From positions 2,283 through 66,282 of the forward strand of contig CAKRMZ010000004.1 of assembly GCA_934365155.1 (NCBI GenBank): a stretch of 64,000 nt of DNA, given 5' to 3'. The notes under the pieces are model-generated. The model was not told where the DNA came from, ran no database searches, and saw only the letters and a list, made by a program, of their open reading frames with translations. Both the position numbers and the translations under genes were made by a program. This DNA comes from an uncultured Eubacteriales bacterium. GTDB taxonomy: Bacteria; Bacillota; Clostridia; Oscillospirales; CAG-272. Positions 18,009 to 27,485 of this stretch are shown here, piece after piece. Numbering within the stretch: position 1 is the stretch's first letter; each line of letters opens with the position of its first letter.

Positions 18009-19901
18009 TTAGGTATATGAGAAGTGCTGACGTGTTGACGGATCGGCCAAACGGGTGATAATCGCCGCGATTTCCGCACGGGTAATCGTTTTGTTCGGCT
18101 CAAAGGTTCCGCTCGGATCCGTGCCTGCCACAAGCCCTGCACGGTAGAGCAAGAAGATGCTGTCAGCATGTTTTGTGTTTTCGTTGACATCCGGCAGTCT
18201 TGTTACGGTATTGATTGCCGTATACTCTTTTTTCGGCAAAATCTTTGCAAAGAGATATGCCATGTCGGTACGGTTAGCGATCGCGCTACCGTCGGTGTAT
18301 TCGCCGTTGGCAATCAGGCCGTGGCGGATTGCATAGAAGCGATAAACCGCATACCACGGATCGACCTGCTCAAACACGCCGCTGCCGCCGTTATAAATAT
18401 TGTGTACTCTCGAAATCAGAGTGATCAGCTCATCCACCGTAATTTCCTTGTTCGGCTCAAAGGTGGTTCCGTCGTAGGTTCCGAGCATCAGGCCGATTTC
18501 ATAAGCGCCTTTGGCATAAGGTGCAAACCACTGGAAATCCGCTACATCGCGGTACATACCGGATGTATAGGTATTCTTTTTGGTAAAGTTTTCGATCGAG
18601 GGAGTTTTTTCAAACTCCGGATAATCGTAGGACGGGCTGTCGGTATAGAACTTCACCTGTCCGTCAGCGGAAAGCACAATCGTATAGCGGTCCGAAATGT
18701 TTTCGGCTGCATCATGAACCCACATATAATAGGTTCCCGGTGTACGATCGGTGGTGAAAATGTTGGTCTTGGCGTCGTTCCAAGTCATATTTCTCGGAAT
18801 TTTTCCGGTTGTGTTGGCATAATAGCCTAAAATGCCGCTCTCGCCTTGGCCGCTGCCCTTAATAAGGCAACCGGGATCGGAAGCCAAAGATACGGTGCGA
18901 CCGCCGCTGAATTCATCGGATGCGGTTACCGTGAGTGTAAAGCGGTTGGTACCCTCAATCGGTGTTGCGGTTATATTTTTGATATAGGGATTGAGCGTAT
19001 CGAAAATCGATTTCTCGGTGTTCAGCGCATCAAAATCATAGTCCATGGTGAAGCCTTTGAAATCCTCATCCAAGACACCGTCATTGATACGCAATACTTT
19101 CAAAATTGTATAGGACTCGTTCGTCAACGCGGAAATGGCTTCTTTGCGCTGCAGGTTTCCTGCAATTCTTCCATTCGGCAAATAATAGGGCTCGCTGGAG
19201 GAATGATAAACATATCCGTCGCCGGCGTAGAACAAAATGTGTCCGAGTCCGGTGTTGGCGTTATTGCCGACAATAATGTCGCCGACCTCCATCGTGCTCT
19301 GCACTTCCGAAGTCAGTGCCGAAGCAAGAGAAAATTTCGTTTTATCGCGGTCATCGTCATAGATCGTCTGGAACAAATCTATCTCGTTGCCGTTTTTATC
19401 GATCACGCGGCGAAAATCCGCATAATCATCATATAGATAATGCGACGTTGTCCAAGAGCTCATATGTCCGGAAATGCAGTAATCAAAACGCATACCGAGC
19501 GCACCCTTATACATCAGCGACACAAACGCCGTGCAGTCAAGGATGAGATAGTCGCCTTTTTTCAGATATCCTCCGGTGGAATTCTGGGACTCAAAATAAT
19601 AATCCGCAAATGTAGCATATCCGTCCGGATTCAGCATAAATACCAATTTTTTACGTTTTCCGGCTACTGTATAATAAAGAGATTCGATGTGAACTAATTT
19701 CATCTGGTAGGAAGGAGGCGCAAAATCACCGCCGCCGCCGTACCAAACGATATGTCTGTCTTCCACGCCTTCTCTCAAAAAGTCTTCGGTAAATTCCACT
19801 AATGTGTTCTTCTGGTTCTCTGTGAGCGCTGCATTGGCAAAAATAGCAAAACAAGACAGCGTAAAAATCATAACCAGCAAAAATTGAATCAGTTTTTTCA
19901 A
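18009..19901 (-). CDS. secreted NlpC/P60-like (papain-fold) wall protein with three C-terminal SLH repeats
   Basis: 630 aa, TTG start behind GGAGG, with a signal peptide. Cys motif LDCTAFV (C123) and His motif GHILFYAGDGYVYH (H221, H233). The SLH region is nearly identical to that of 15991-17892. Confidence 0.8.
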   Translation of the reverse strand: MKKLIQFLLVMIFTLSCFAIFANAALTENQKNTLVEFTEDFLREGVEDRHIVWYGGGGDFAPPSYQMKLVHIESLYYTVAGKRKKLVFMLNPDGYATFADYYFESQNSTGGYLKKGDYLILDCTAFVSLMYKGALGMRFDYCISGHMSSWTTSHYLYDDYADFRRVIDKNGNEIDLFQTIYDDDRDKTKFSLASALTSEVQSTMEVGDIIVGNNANTGLGHILFYAGDGYVYHSSSEPYYLPNGRIAGNLQRKEAISALTNESYTILKVLRINDGVLDEDFKGFTMDYDFDALNTEKSIFDTLNPYIKNITATPIEGTNRFTLTVTASDEFSGGRTVSLASDPGCLIKGSGQGESGILGYYANTTGKIPRNMTWNDAKTNIFTTDRTPGTYYMWVHDAAENISDRYTIVLSADGQVKFYTDSPSYDYPEFEKTPSIENFTKKNTYTSGMYRDVADFQWFAPYAKGAYEIGLMLGTYDGTTFEPNKEITVDELITLISRVHNIYNGGSGVFEQVDPWYAVYRFYAIRHGLIANGEYTDGSAIANRTDMAYLFAKILPKKEYTAINTVTRLPDVNENTKHADSIFLLYRAGLVAGTDPSGTFEPNKTITRAEIAAIITRLADPSTRQHFSYT

Positions 19902-20152
19902 TTTGCAACATCCTCCGTTTTTTGCTTTGCTTACAAAGATATCAAGGTAAAACTGTCTGCCATTTCAAATTTACAATTCACCCCAAGATCCGTGGAGAAC
20001 AACAGCAAATTCTAATGGTCTGAAAATTTATTAAATTCTACTAATCTAATCGGTTTATTCCGATAAGGGGTTCGGGGTATCGGCGGCGGGGCATTGAAGC
20101 ACCCGCCGCAGAACTCCGACAGTTTTCAAAAAAGCTTTATAAAGTTAAATCT

Positions 20153-20887
20153 TTATTTTTTCTTTTTCGTTTTAACAATAACAATTACAACAACTGCGGC
20201 AACAACCACTACAGCTGCAATAATTCCGATGATTGCGCCGGTAGAAAGTCCGTCTTTCTTCTCTTCTGTTTTTGCGGTATCTTTTGTTGTAGTCTTTGTG
20301 GTCTCTTTGGTGCTGTCTTTCACAGTCTCTTTGGTAGTTTCTTTTTCAGTCTCTTTAACGGTTTCTTTCTCGGTCTCTTTGACAGTCTCTTTAACGGTTT
20401 CCTTATCGGTTACCTGTGAAGGCTGTGTTTCCGGCGGTTTTACCGGAGCATTGCCGGTTTTTTCAATGAACAGACCGCCGGCCGGCTGCACACCGTCATT
20501 ACCCAAGTAAACAACCAAATAAATTGCGCCTTCGGGAGCAGTCACGTTGAATACTCTGGACATATCTTTCATTTCTGCAGCAGTTGCTTTTGCTTCATCG
20601 ATGTAAGTCATTCTGTCATAGGGCTCTTGGTCGATAAATGCAACATAAAAACGGTTGTTGGTGTAAGGCTCACCGAGGTATACCTTATAGGTTGCACCTG
20701 CTTCGCAAGGAACCATTGCACCGACCAGCTTCGGGTTGGTTTGATAGGTCATAGCATAACCGGTTGCAGGACCGAAGCCGATTTGAACGTAATTTCCGTC
20801 AAACAGGTTCTCAGCGGCGTTTGCTGAAAACATGAAGACAGATGCGATCATTAAGATCGTCATGAAGATCAACGCTGATTTTTTCAT
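20153..20887 (-). CDS. small secreted, C-terminally membrane-anchored protein with a K/E/T-rich stalk (unknown function)
   Basis: Start trimmed to ATG 20887, behind AGGAGGAAAATT. Signal peptide MKKSALIFMTILMIASVFMFSANA, a globular domain of about 150 aa, KETVKET-type repeats, then a TM helix and KTKKKK. Confidence 0.7.
   Translation of the reverse strand: MKKSALIFMTILMIASVFMFSANAAENLFDGNYVQIGFGPATGYAMTYQTNPKLVGAMVPCEAGATYKVYLGEPYTNNRFYVAFIDQEPYDRMTYIDEAKATAAEMKDMSRVFNVTAPEGAIYLVVYLGNDGVQPAGGLFIEKTGNAPVKPPETQPSQVTDKETVKETVKETEKETVKETEKETTKETVKDSTKETTKTTTKDTAKTEEKKDGLSTGAIIGIIAAVVVVAAVVVIVIVKTKKKK
20270..20410 (-). repeat. degenerate in-frame tandem repeats encoding the (K-E-T-x) stalk
   Basis: Repeated GTCTCTTT[A/G]AC[G/A]GTTTC-type units on the plus strand. 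The protein reads DKETVKETVKETEKETVKETEKETTKETVKDSTKETTKTTTKDTA. Confidence 0.8.
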
Positions 20888-21027
20888 AATTTTCCTCCTA
20901 ACAAAAATTGCTGAAATAAAATAATATTTATAATCACCGCGCATAAGCCGGTCATTATCCATGAAAAGCTCAGACTGCCACATATGCCCGCTGCATACGG
21001 TGATACAGCCTTTTATACATCATTCCA

Positions 21028-22521
21028 TCATTCTTTTTTGTTTTTCCGACGCAACAGAACCGTCAGCAAAGAAATGACGACGACTGCCACCGAAAGAATG
21101 ATAAACACAGGGATCAAAACCGATAAAATATCTTTTCCGGCATCGGCATCCGGTGCGGAAGAATCGGGGGTGCTGTCCGAATCGGAAACTGCTGTTGTAA
21201 TATCATTTTCATCCGCCTTATAGGTTCCGAGCAATTCCTCTTCCCCCTCCTCCGGCGACTGATATACAAACGAGGTGTCCTTACCGACGATAATCCGATA
21301 TCGATCCGACAGATTGCCCGCCGCATCCATTGCCCAGATATAATACTGTCCGCGGGCACGCAGCAGCTCGTAGTGATTCGCATCGGTATATTCAAGTGTC
21401 GACGTATCCTCGGGAAATGTTGCGGAAACTCCGATATAAATTCCCATCACGCCGCTTTCGCCTTTGCCGGCGCTTTTTAACACTTTTTTTCCGTCGCCCG
21501 CAAAATAAGAAATTCTGTCGTTTCCGAATTCATCGGTAACATCAATGGTAATCTGTTTGGTATTGCCCTTCACAAAATTGTTGCTGATAACAATGGATTT
21601 AATCTCCGGTGCCTTGGTATCAAAAATGGACTTTTCTGTATTCAGAGCATCAAAATCATAATCCATGGAATAGCCGACGAAATCCTCATCCAAGATACCG
21701 TCATTAATGCGCAACACCTTTAAAATCGTGTAGGACTCGTTTGTCAGTTCGGAAATCGCCTCCTTGCGCTGCAAGGTCCCCGCGATTTTACCGTTCGGCA
21801 GATAATGGGGCTCGCTGGAGGAATGATAGACATAGCCGTCACCGGCATAGAACAAAATATGTCCGAGCTCGGTATTGGCATTGTTGCCGACAATAATGTC
21901 GCCGACCTCCATCGTGCTCTGTACCTCCGGGGTCAGTGCAGAAGCAAGAGAAAATTTCGTTTTATCGCGGTCATCGGCATAGATGGTTTGAAAAATGTCG
22001 ATTTCATTTCCATCCTTGTCAAGGGCACGGCGCGAAGCGGCATAATCATCATATAAATAATGTGCCGTAGTCCATGCGCTGATATGTCCCGATGTATAAT
22101 AATCAAAGCGGAGACCCAGTGCACCTTTATACATCAGCGATATAAACGCCGTGCAGTCAAGGATCATATAATCTCCTCTTTTGAGATATCCTCCGGTGGA
22201 ATTCTGCGTCTCGAAATAATAATCCTTAAAAGTATCGTATCCTTCCGGATTCAGCATAAATACCAATTTTTTGCGTGCATTGCCTACTGTATAATACAGC
22301 GATTGGACATGGACCAATTTCATCTGGTAAGAGGGGGGTACAAAATCACCGCCACCGCCGTACCACACAATATGTCTTTCGTCCACAGCTTCTCTCAAAA
22401 AGTCGTCGGTAAATTTCACTAACGTATTTTTCTGATTTTCCGTAAGCGCTGCATTGGCACAAAGCGCAAGGCAAGACAGCGTAAACATGCTAACCAGCAA
22501 AAATTGAATCAGCCTTTTCAA
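21028..22521 (-). CDS. secreted NlpC/P60-like protein with Ig-like module and C-terminal TM anchor (mosaic paralog)
   Basis: 497 aa with a TTG start. The first ~300 aa are about 80-85% identical by eye to 18009-19901. The remainder is colinear with the C-terminal half of 22634-24097. It ends in a TM helix and RRKNKKE. Confidence 0.8.
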   Translation of the reverse strand: MKRLIQFLLVSMFTLSCLALCANAALTENQKNTLVKFTDDFLREAVDERHIVWYGGGGDFVPPSYQMKLVHVQSLYYTVGNARKKLVFMLNPEGYDTFKDYYFETQNSTGGYLKRGDYMILDCTAFISLMYKGALGLRFDYYTSGHISAWTTAHYLYDDYAASRRALDKDGNEIDIFQTIYADDRDKTKFSLASALTPEVQSTMEVGDIIVGNNANTELGHILFYAGDGYVYHSSSEPHYLPNGKIAGTLQRKEAISELTNESYTILKVLRINDGILDEDFVGYSMDYDFDALNTEKSIFDTKAPEIKSIVISNNFVKGNTKQITIDVTDEFGNDRISYFAGDGKKVLKSAGKGESGVMGIYIGVSATFPEDTSTLEYTDANHYELLRARGQYYIWAMDAAGNLSDRYRIIVGKDTSFVYQSPEEGEEELLGTYKADENDITTAVSDSDSTPDSSAPDADAGKDILSVLIPVFIILSVAVVVISLLTVLLRRKNKKE

Positions 22522-22633
22522 CGTATAAGATCCTCTCTTAATAAAACATCACTTGTATGTGAGACCAAAGCCTATCCGACACTGCAAAAACGATCCGAAA
22601 ATCCGTTTTCCCCTATCGGAATACTCGAAAAAG

Positions 22634-24097
22634 TTATTCTGCTTTTTTATGCTTCTTCCGGCATACCAGAACAATCACCACTACAGCCAATATGACAACC
22701 GCCGAAATTACGGAAATTCCGATCATCCAAGCGGATGAAAGAGTCTTCTCTCCATCAGAGGAGTTTCCGCCCTCGGTAACCGCTCCGTCCTCGCCGGCTT
22801 TGTAAGTTGCGAGAAGCACTTCTTCGCCGTCCTCCGGCGACCGATATACAAATGAAGTATCCTTACCGACAATGATTCGATATCGTTCGGATATGTTTCT
22901 TGCCGCATCCATCGCCCAGATATAATACTGTCCTCTCGCCCGCAATATCTCATAATGCGTTGCCTGTGACAAATCAAAATCCGATGTGGTTTCGGGCAAA
23001 GTCTGAGAAACACCCATATAAATTCCCATGACACCGCTTTCGCCGTTGGCGGATCCTCTCAAAACCTTCTTTTCCGAACCTGCAAAATATGTAACGGATC
23101 CATCGCCGAATTCGTCGGTAACATCAATCGTAATCTGTTTGGTATTGCCCTTTACAAAATCGTTGCTGATTTTAATCGACAGGATCTCCGGTGCCTTTGT
23201 GTCAAATGCACGGGTCGTCGTATTCAAAGAACTAAAATCCACTTTATCGTGATATCCGTCGAAATCAGGATTGAGCACCCCGTCGTTTAGCCGCATAACC
23301 TTTACCAAGCTGTAAGAGGGATTGTTAAGATTGGAAAGCGGCTCCTTGCGTATTAGATAAGGATGCAAGCTTCCGTCCGGAAGCACATACGGTGTGGATG
23401 ACGAATGATAAACATATCCGTCACCGGCATACATCACAATGTGACCCCAGTTCGTTTCCTGATTGAGACCGATGAGCAGATCTCCGACCTCTAAGTCTTC
23501 TGTCTTGATACCGGTATCCAGCAAGGACAGAAACGGCGCTTCCAAATCAGCCGTCGCAAGCACTTCAAATAAATCGATTTCTTCACCGCTGCCGTCATAT
23601 TTGAGCACCTTTCGCTGGTCCTGATATTCATCCAGCAGATAATGCGATGTTGTCCAGTTGCTGACGTGTCCTGCAATGCCATAGTCAAGACGCAATCCGA
23701 GAACACTCTTATACATGAGCGCCACAAACGCAGAACAGTCTAAAACAAGATAATCGCCTTCTTTGAAATATCCCTGATAAGGAGAATTCAAATCTCTTTT
23801 GTAAGCTTCAAAATTAGCATATCCGCTCGGGCGCATCATCCAAAGAACCTTTTGACCCTGTCCGCCGTTTGAGGTTTTCACACTGTATTCGCAATGGACC
23901 AGCCCCAGCTGATAGGTGATAAAAGTATCATAGCTACCGTATTGCAGCAATTTTTTCGCATTGCCCTGTTCAATAAAGTCCTCTGTAAAATCAACTAAGC
24001 TGTCCTTTTGCGCATCCGTCAATTTTGCACTGGCACTGCAAATCATTAACGCACAGAAAAACACAGTGCAAATCAAAATTTTAAACAATTTTTTCAT
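22634..24097 (-). CDS. secreted NlpC/P60-like protein with Ig-like module and C-terminal TM anchor
   Basis: 487 aa with a signal peptide. Cys motif LDCSAFV and His motif GHIVMYAGDGYVYH. C-terminal TM helix followed by CRKKHKKAE. Confidence 0.8.
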   Translation of the reverse strand: MKKLFKILICTVFFCALMICSASAKLTDAQKDSLVDFTEDFIEQGNAKKLLQYGSYDTFITYQLGLVHCEYSVKTSNGGQGQKVLWMMRPSGYANFEAYKRDLNSPYQGYFKEGDYLVLDCSAFVALMYKSVLGLRLDYGIAGHVSNWTTSHYLLDEYQDQRKVLKYDGSGEEIDLFEVLATADLEAPFLSLLDTGIKTEDLEVGDLLIGLNQETNWGHIVMYAGDGYVYHSSSTPYVLPDGSLHPYLIRKEPLSNLNNPSYSLVKVMRLNDGVLNPDFDGYHDKVDFSSLNTTTRAFDTKAPEILSIKISNDFVKGNTKQITIDVTDEFGDGSVTYFAGSEKKVLRGSANGESGVMGIYMGVSQTLPETTSDFDLSQATHYEILRARGQYYIWAMDAARNISERYRIIVGKDTSFVYRSPEDGEEVLLATYKAGEDGAVTEGGNSSDGEKTLSSAWMIGISVISAVVILAVVVIVLVCRKKHKKAE

Positions 24098-24381
24098 GAC
24101 AGTTCTCCAAGTATAACTGCTTTTAACATCTCTTTACAAAATCAAATAAATGTTAGTTTTTCAGCTTATTTCTATATAAAACCTTTGTCGTTCATCACAA
24201 AGACTGAGTTTTCGTACAAAATTTTCTGCTTCCGTATCAAGCAGTTTTAAACAGCCGCTCGTCCCGTATCGGCTTTCTTTTCTATTCACACAAAGGAATT
24301 CATGCTCTCGTTGTCTGCCGTCCCCATAACGGGATCGGCAGACAACAGACAGCGATGAATATAAGCATTAAAAATCAGATT

Positions 24382-25875
24382 TTAGAACTTTGACGAATCG
24401 ATCGTTTCCAAAGTTGTTTGAATTTCCTGGGAAATTCTATTTTGTTTTGAAGCATACGTAGATTGGAATGTGTTGGTTCCGCGCTCTACGCTCGAGAGCA
24501 ACAGAGTTCTGCAATCGCCCCAGTTGAAGATGTAACCGAGGTCGAAAATACGGTGCTTCTGAATCAGATCGATCATTTCCTCGTTCTCTTCGGAACGGGT
24601 GTTACGAGTTATCAGGATATCGTCATAAGCTGCTTTTTTCGTAGTATATTTGGAATATGCGCAGATTGCTTCCAAAATTGCGCCGGTTCTTGCCGGATCC
24701 TCAACATAGTTCGGAACAGCCAGCATATGCATATCATACGGAATAAAGGTATAGTATTCATCCTGCTGCTCGTTGTATTTCGGAATCGGAAGGATACCGA
24801 AGCCGGGCTCTGCCATTTCCGCAAACTCGCCGGATGCAGTATTCAGTGTCTGAATAGTAAACATCACACGGTTATCCATAAAGTTCATACGAACCTGTTG
24901 GAACGAGTGGATTGCGGGATCTGCATACGGAGCGCTGTCGTCATTGACATAAACACCGTCGGTTCTTGCACGGACATTTGCCAGCCACTGTGCAACGTCG
25001 TTGGTGCGCTCGGTTCTCATGGTCAGATCAATTTGGTCGCCGCGAATAGTTGCAATCTTCTGGCCTGCGCCGTAGAAGAATGCCATATGGTTCTTGTTAC
25101 CGAACGAAAGGCCGACACGGTCGTTGGTGAAATCGATCGTCTGGTCACCGTTCAGATCCTTTGAGCAAGCAATTGCAATTTCCAGCAGTTTGTCAAAGGT
25201 CCATTTGCCGTCGCGAACGCACTGATAGAGATCTTCTACGTTCTCTTCTGCCGCAATGGTCTTGTTGTAGTAAACTACAGCACTTCCGCAATAGCTCATT
25301 TTGACCATATCGCCTGCCACAATGTACAATGCGTTATTAAAGGTCAAATCCTGTACGGAATCCTGTGCCCACCACTCCTGAGAAAGATCCAGGTTCGGCA
25401 GATCATAGAGGTTGTAAAGATAGTTGTCAAACATCAGCGAAGAGATGTTCATGCTCGCCTCAATTACTGCGTCATAGGTAGAGTCGCCGGTACGAACCGC
25501 TTTTCTTACCGCCTCAGCGCAGTTTAACGAGGAAACGTTGACAATATTAAATCCGTATTTCGCTTTCAACGCTTGGTTTCTGTCATAGGTAGCGTCGTTA
25601 ATGGTGTCGCCGTTATAGGCATCTGCCATGACGTCTTCCGGAATGTACGCGCCGCCGCCCCAGTTCGGAGAGGAGGAGACAAACGTAAAGTTATAATCCT
25701 TGTAGAATGTATCATCCGGCAGATTGGGATATTTGCGTCCTTCTTCCACCGTTCCGGTACCGCCTGAATCCGAACCGCTCGGTTTTTTGCCGGAATCGCC
25801 GCAGGAAACCAGTGCAAACACCATCAGAACTGTCAAAAGCAATGTAAGAACTCTTACTAAAGTTTTGCTTTTCAT
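24382..25875 (-). CDS. extracellular solute-binding lipoprotein (large sugar-ABC type), orphan
   Basis: 497 aa. Lipobox LVSC after a signal peptide, then a Gly/Ser linker. Size and composition are typical of family-1 carbohydrate SBPs. No permease or ATPase gene is adjacent. Confidence 0.7.
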   Translation of the reverse strand: MKSKTLVRVLTLLLTVLMVFALVSCGDSGKKPSGSDSGGTGTVEEGRKYPNLPDDTFYKDYNFTFVSSSPNWGGGAYIPEDVMADAYNGDTINDATYDRNQALKAKYGFNIVNVSSLNCAEAVRKAVRTGDSTYDAVIEASMNISSLMFDNYLYNLYDLPNLDLSQEWWAQDSVQDLTFNNALYIVAGDMVKMSYCGSAVVYYNKTIAAEENVEDLYQCVRDGKWTFDKLLEIAIACSKDLNGDQTIDFTNDRVGLSFGNKNHMAFFYGAGQKIATIRGDQIDLTMRTERTNDVAQWLANVRARTDGVYVNDDSAPYADPAIHSFQQVRMNFMDNRVMFTIQTLNTASGEFAEMAEPGFGILPIPKYNEQQDEYYTFIPYDMHMLAVPNYVEDPARTGAILEAICAYSKYTTKKAAYDDILITRNTRSEENEEMIDLIQKHRIFDLGYIFNWGDCRTLLLSSVERGTNTFQSTYASKQNRISQEIQTTLETIDSSKF

Positions 25876-26318
25876 TCTTTAATTCCTTTCTTGAAAATAA
25901 TAAATTTGAGAAACAATAATCGAAATTATTGTCTTTTATGAATCAAACGGTATTGGCAATTATAACAAAACCGTATTCATAACAAAGATGGGAATTTCTA
26001 TCGATAATACTCCATAATAAAATCTCGAAAAAAGCTTTATCCGTATGTAATTTTGCAGTTTATTTTTTGAAAAAACCTTACATAACCCACATATAGCCTG
26101 TATTCCACGTTATCCCAATGATATTTTATCATACATTTTCGGGTATAACAATGGACACTTTATACAAAGATAGCGGCCTTATTTTAGTCTAAATGACAAA
26201 ATTTAAATCTGAAATCCGTCTTTTTCCAATCAAATTGACCAAATTTTACCATACTGTAAAAGTATTGGAATAAAAAACGGATTTCATTTTTAAAATTACC
26301 AAATATTTTTTCTTCGAT

Positions 26319-27449
26319 TTATTTCCAAAGCTTTAAAAGCTGCTCATCACGCGGCATGTTGCGTCGGAAATTCGGAACATCAATCATGCGGGAGCCGTTT
26401 TGAATGGATATTTCGCTGAGCAATCCCACTGCGGTCCATTCGCAAGCTTGATAAACATCAATATCCGGTTTCGTATTGTTGCGAATTGCATCAACGAAAT
26501 CCTTAACGATAAAGTAATCGCCGCCGCCGTGTCCGCCGAGAAGCTGATTGCGCGTTGCATTGCGATAACGCTCGGGCATATATTCATGGAAATCGTCCAG
26601 CGGTCTCCACTCAAGATAACTCTTCGGATTTCCCTCTTCCACCAAAGCAATTTTGCCGACATCGCCGAGTCCTCTGGGCGCCTCATAGCATCCCTTGGTA
26701 CCCTGAAGCTGATAATAGCGCATGTTGTGCGGGCGCGGAGAGAATGCATCTACACGGATACGGATCAGCTTTCCGCTTTCTGTCTGGCACATCGTCACGG
26801 TAGTATCCTCCTGACGGAGTCCCGTGGAATGATGATGACCGGTGCCAAAGGTTGCAATCTGAGCAATCCGCTCGCCCTCAAACCACTGCATTACCGGACC
26901 GAGGCTGTGCGTCGGATAAAACGTTCCGTGTTTACCGCACTGCCAATACTGTCTCCAAGACGGCTTGCCGTTTGAATATGTGAGAAAGTCATCCAGATTA
27001 TGTAAATATTCGCCCTCTGCATAATAAACATCGCCGAAAAATCCTTGACGCTTCAATTCGCGAACCAACTGGTTCTGCGGCATGTAGCAATAGTTTTCCG
27101 CAAACATATAAATCTTGCCGGACTTTTCAACCTCTTCTACCAGCCACCAAAGCTCATCCATGGTAACGCCGGCCACAACTTCACTCATTACATGTTTTCC
27201 TGCCTGCAAAGCGGCGATTGCCTGCGGCACATGGCATTGCATCGGCGTTGCAATAACTACAGCGTCAATATCACTCTCTAACATATCCTCATAGATACGG
27301 TAGGTATTTTTTACATTGAATTTTTCCTGCTTCTCTTTTAAAAGCGCTTCGTCCAAATCGCAGATTGCAGTAACTTCAACGCCCTCCAAATCACGAAATC
27401 CCATCATGGTGGAAAGGCCTCTGGCCCCGACAATTCCTACTTTAATCAT
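26319..27449 (-). CDS. Gfo/Idh/MocA-family oxidoreductase (third paralog type)
   Basis: 376 aa. MIKVGIVGARG Rossmann start, and ENYCYMP...GEYLHNL...FYPTHSLGPVMQW blocks shared with the 11.2-13.8 kb pair. Confidence 0.8.
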   Translation of the reverse strand: MIKVGIVGARGLSTMMGFRDLEGVEVTAICDLDEALLKEKQEKFNVKNTYRIYEDMLESDIDAVVIATPMQCHVPQAIAALQAGKHVMSEVVAGVTMDELWWLVEEVEKSGKIYMFAENYCYMPQNQLVRELKRQGFFGDVYYAEGEYLHNLDDFLTYSNGKPSWRQYWQCGKHGTFYPTHSLGPVMQWFEGERIAQIATFGTGHHHSTGLRQEDTTVTMCQTESGKLIRIRVDAFSPRPHNMRYYQLQGTKGCYEAPRGLGDVGKIALVEEGNPKSYLEWRPLDDFHEYMPERYRNATRNQLLGGHGGGDYFIVKDFVDAIRNNTKPDIDVYQACEWTAVGLLSEISIQNGSRMIDVPNFRRNMPRDEQLLKLWK

Positions 27450-27485
27450 ATTATTTGTCCTCTCTTGAAATAAGCAAATTTTGAC

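Noticed and set aside
20153-20275. GLSTG before the C-terminal TM helix of the small anchored protein as a sortase motif
   Set aside because: It lacks the Pro at position 2 that the two convincing signals in the window have (SPATG, NPQTG). It is treated as a plain TM anchor.
14463-20410. Short tandem repeats as a possible CRISPR array
   Set aside because: The units are contiguous with no spacers, they are in-frame inside coding sequences, and no cas genes are present.
20094-20510. 138-aa plus-strand ORF with poly-Thr/Ala and repetitive SL(T/S)VS segments
   Set aside because: It is antisense to the K/E/T stalk repeats and TM anchor of the well-supported minus-strand gene 20153-20887.
26210-26286. 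Inverted repeat flanking a promoter-like element as an invertible promoter (phase-variation switch)
   Set aside because: The invertible segment would be only about 40 bp between the arms, far shorter than known invertons, and no recombinase is nearby. An operator or terminator is more plausible.
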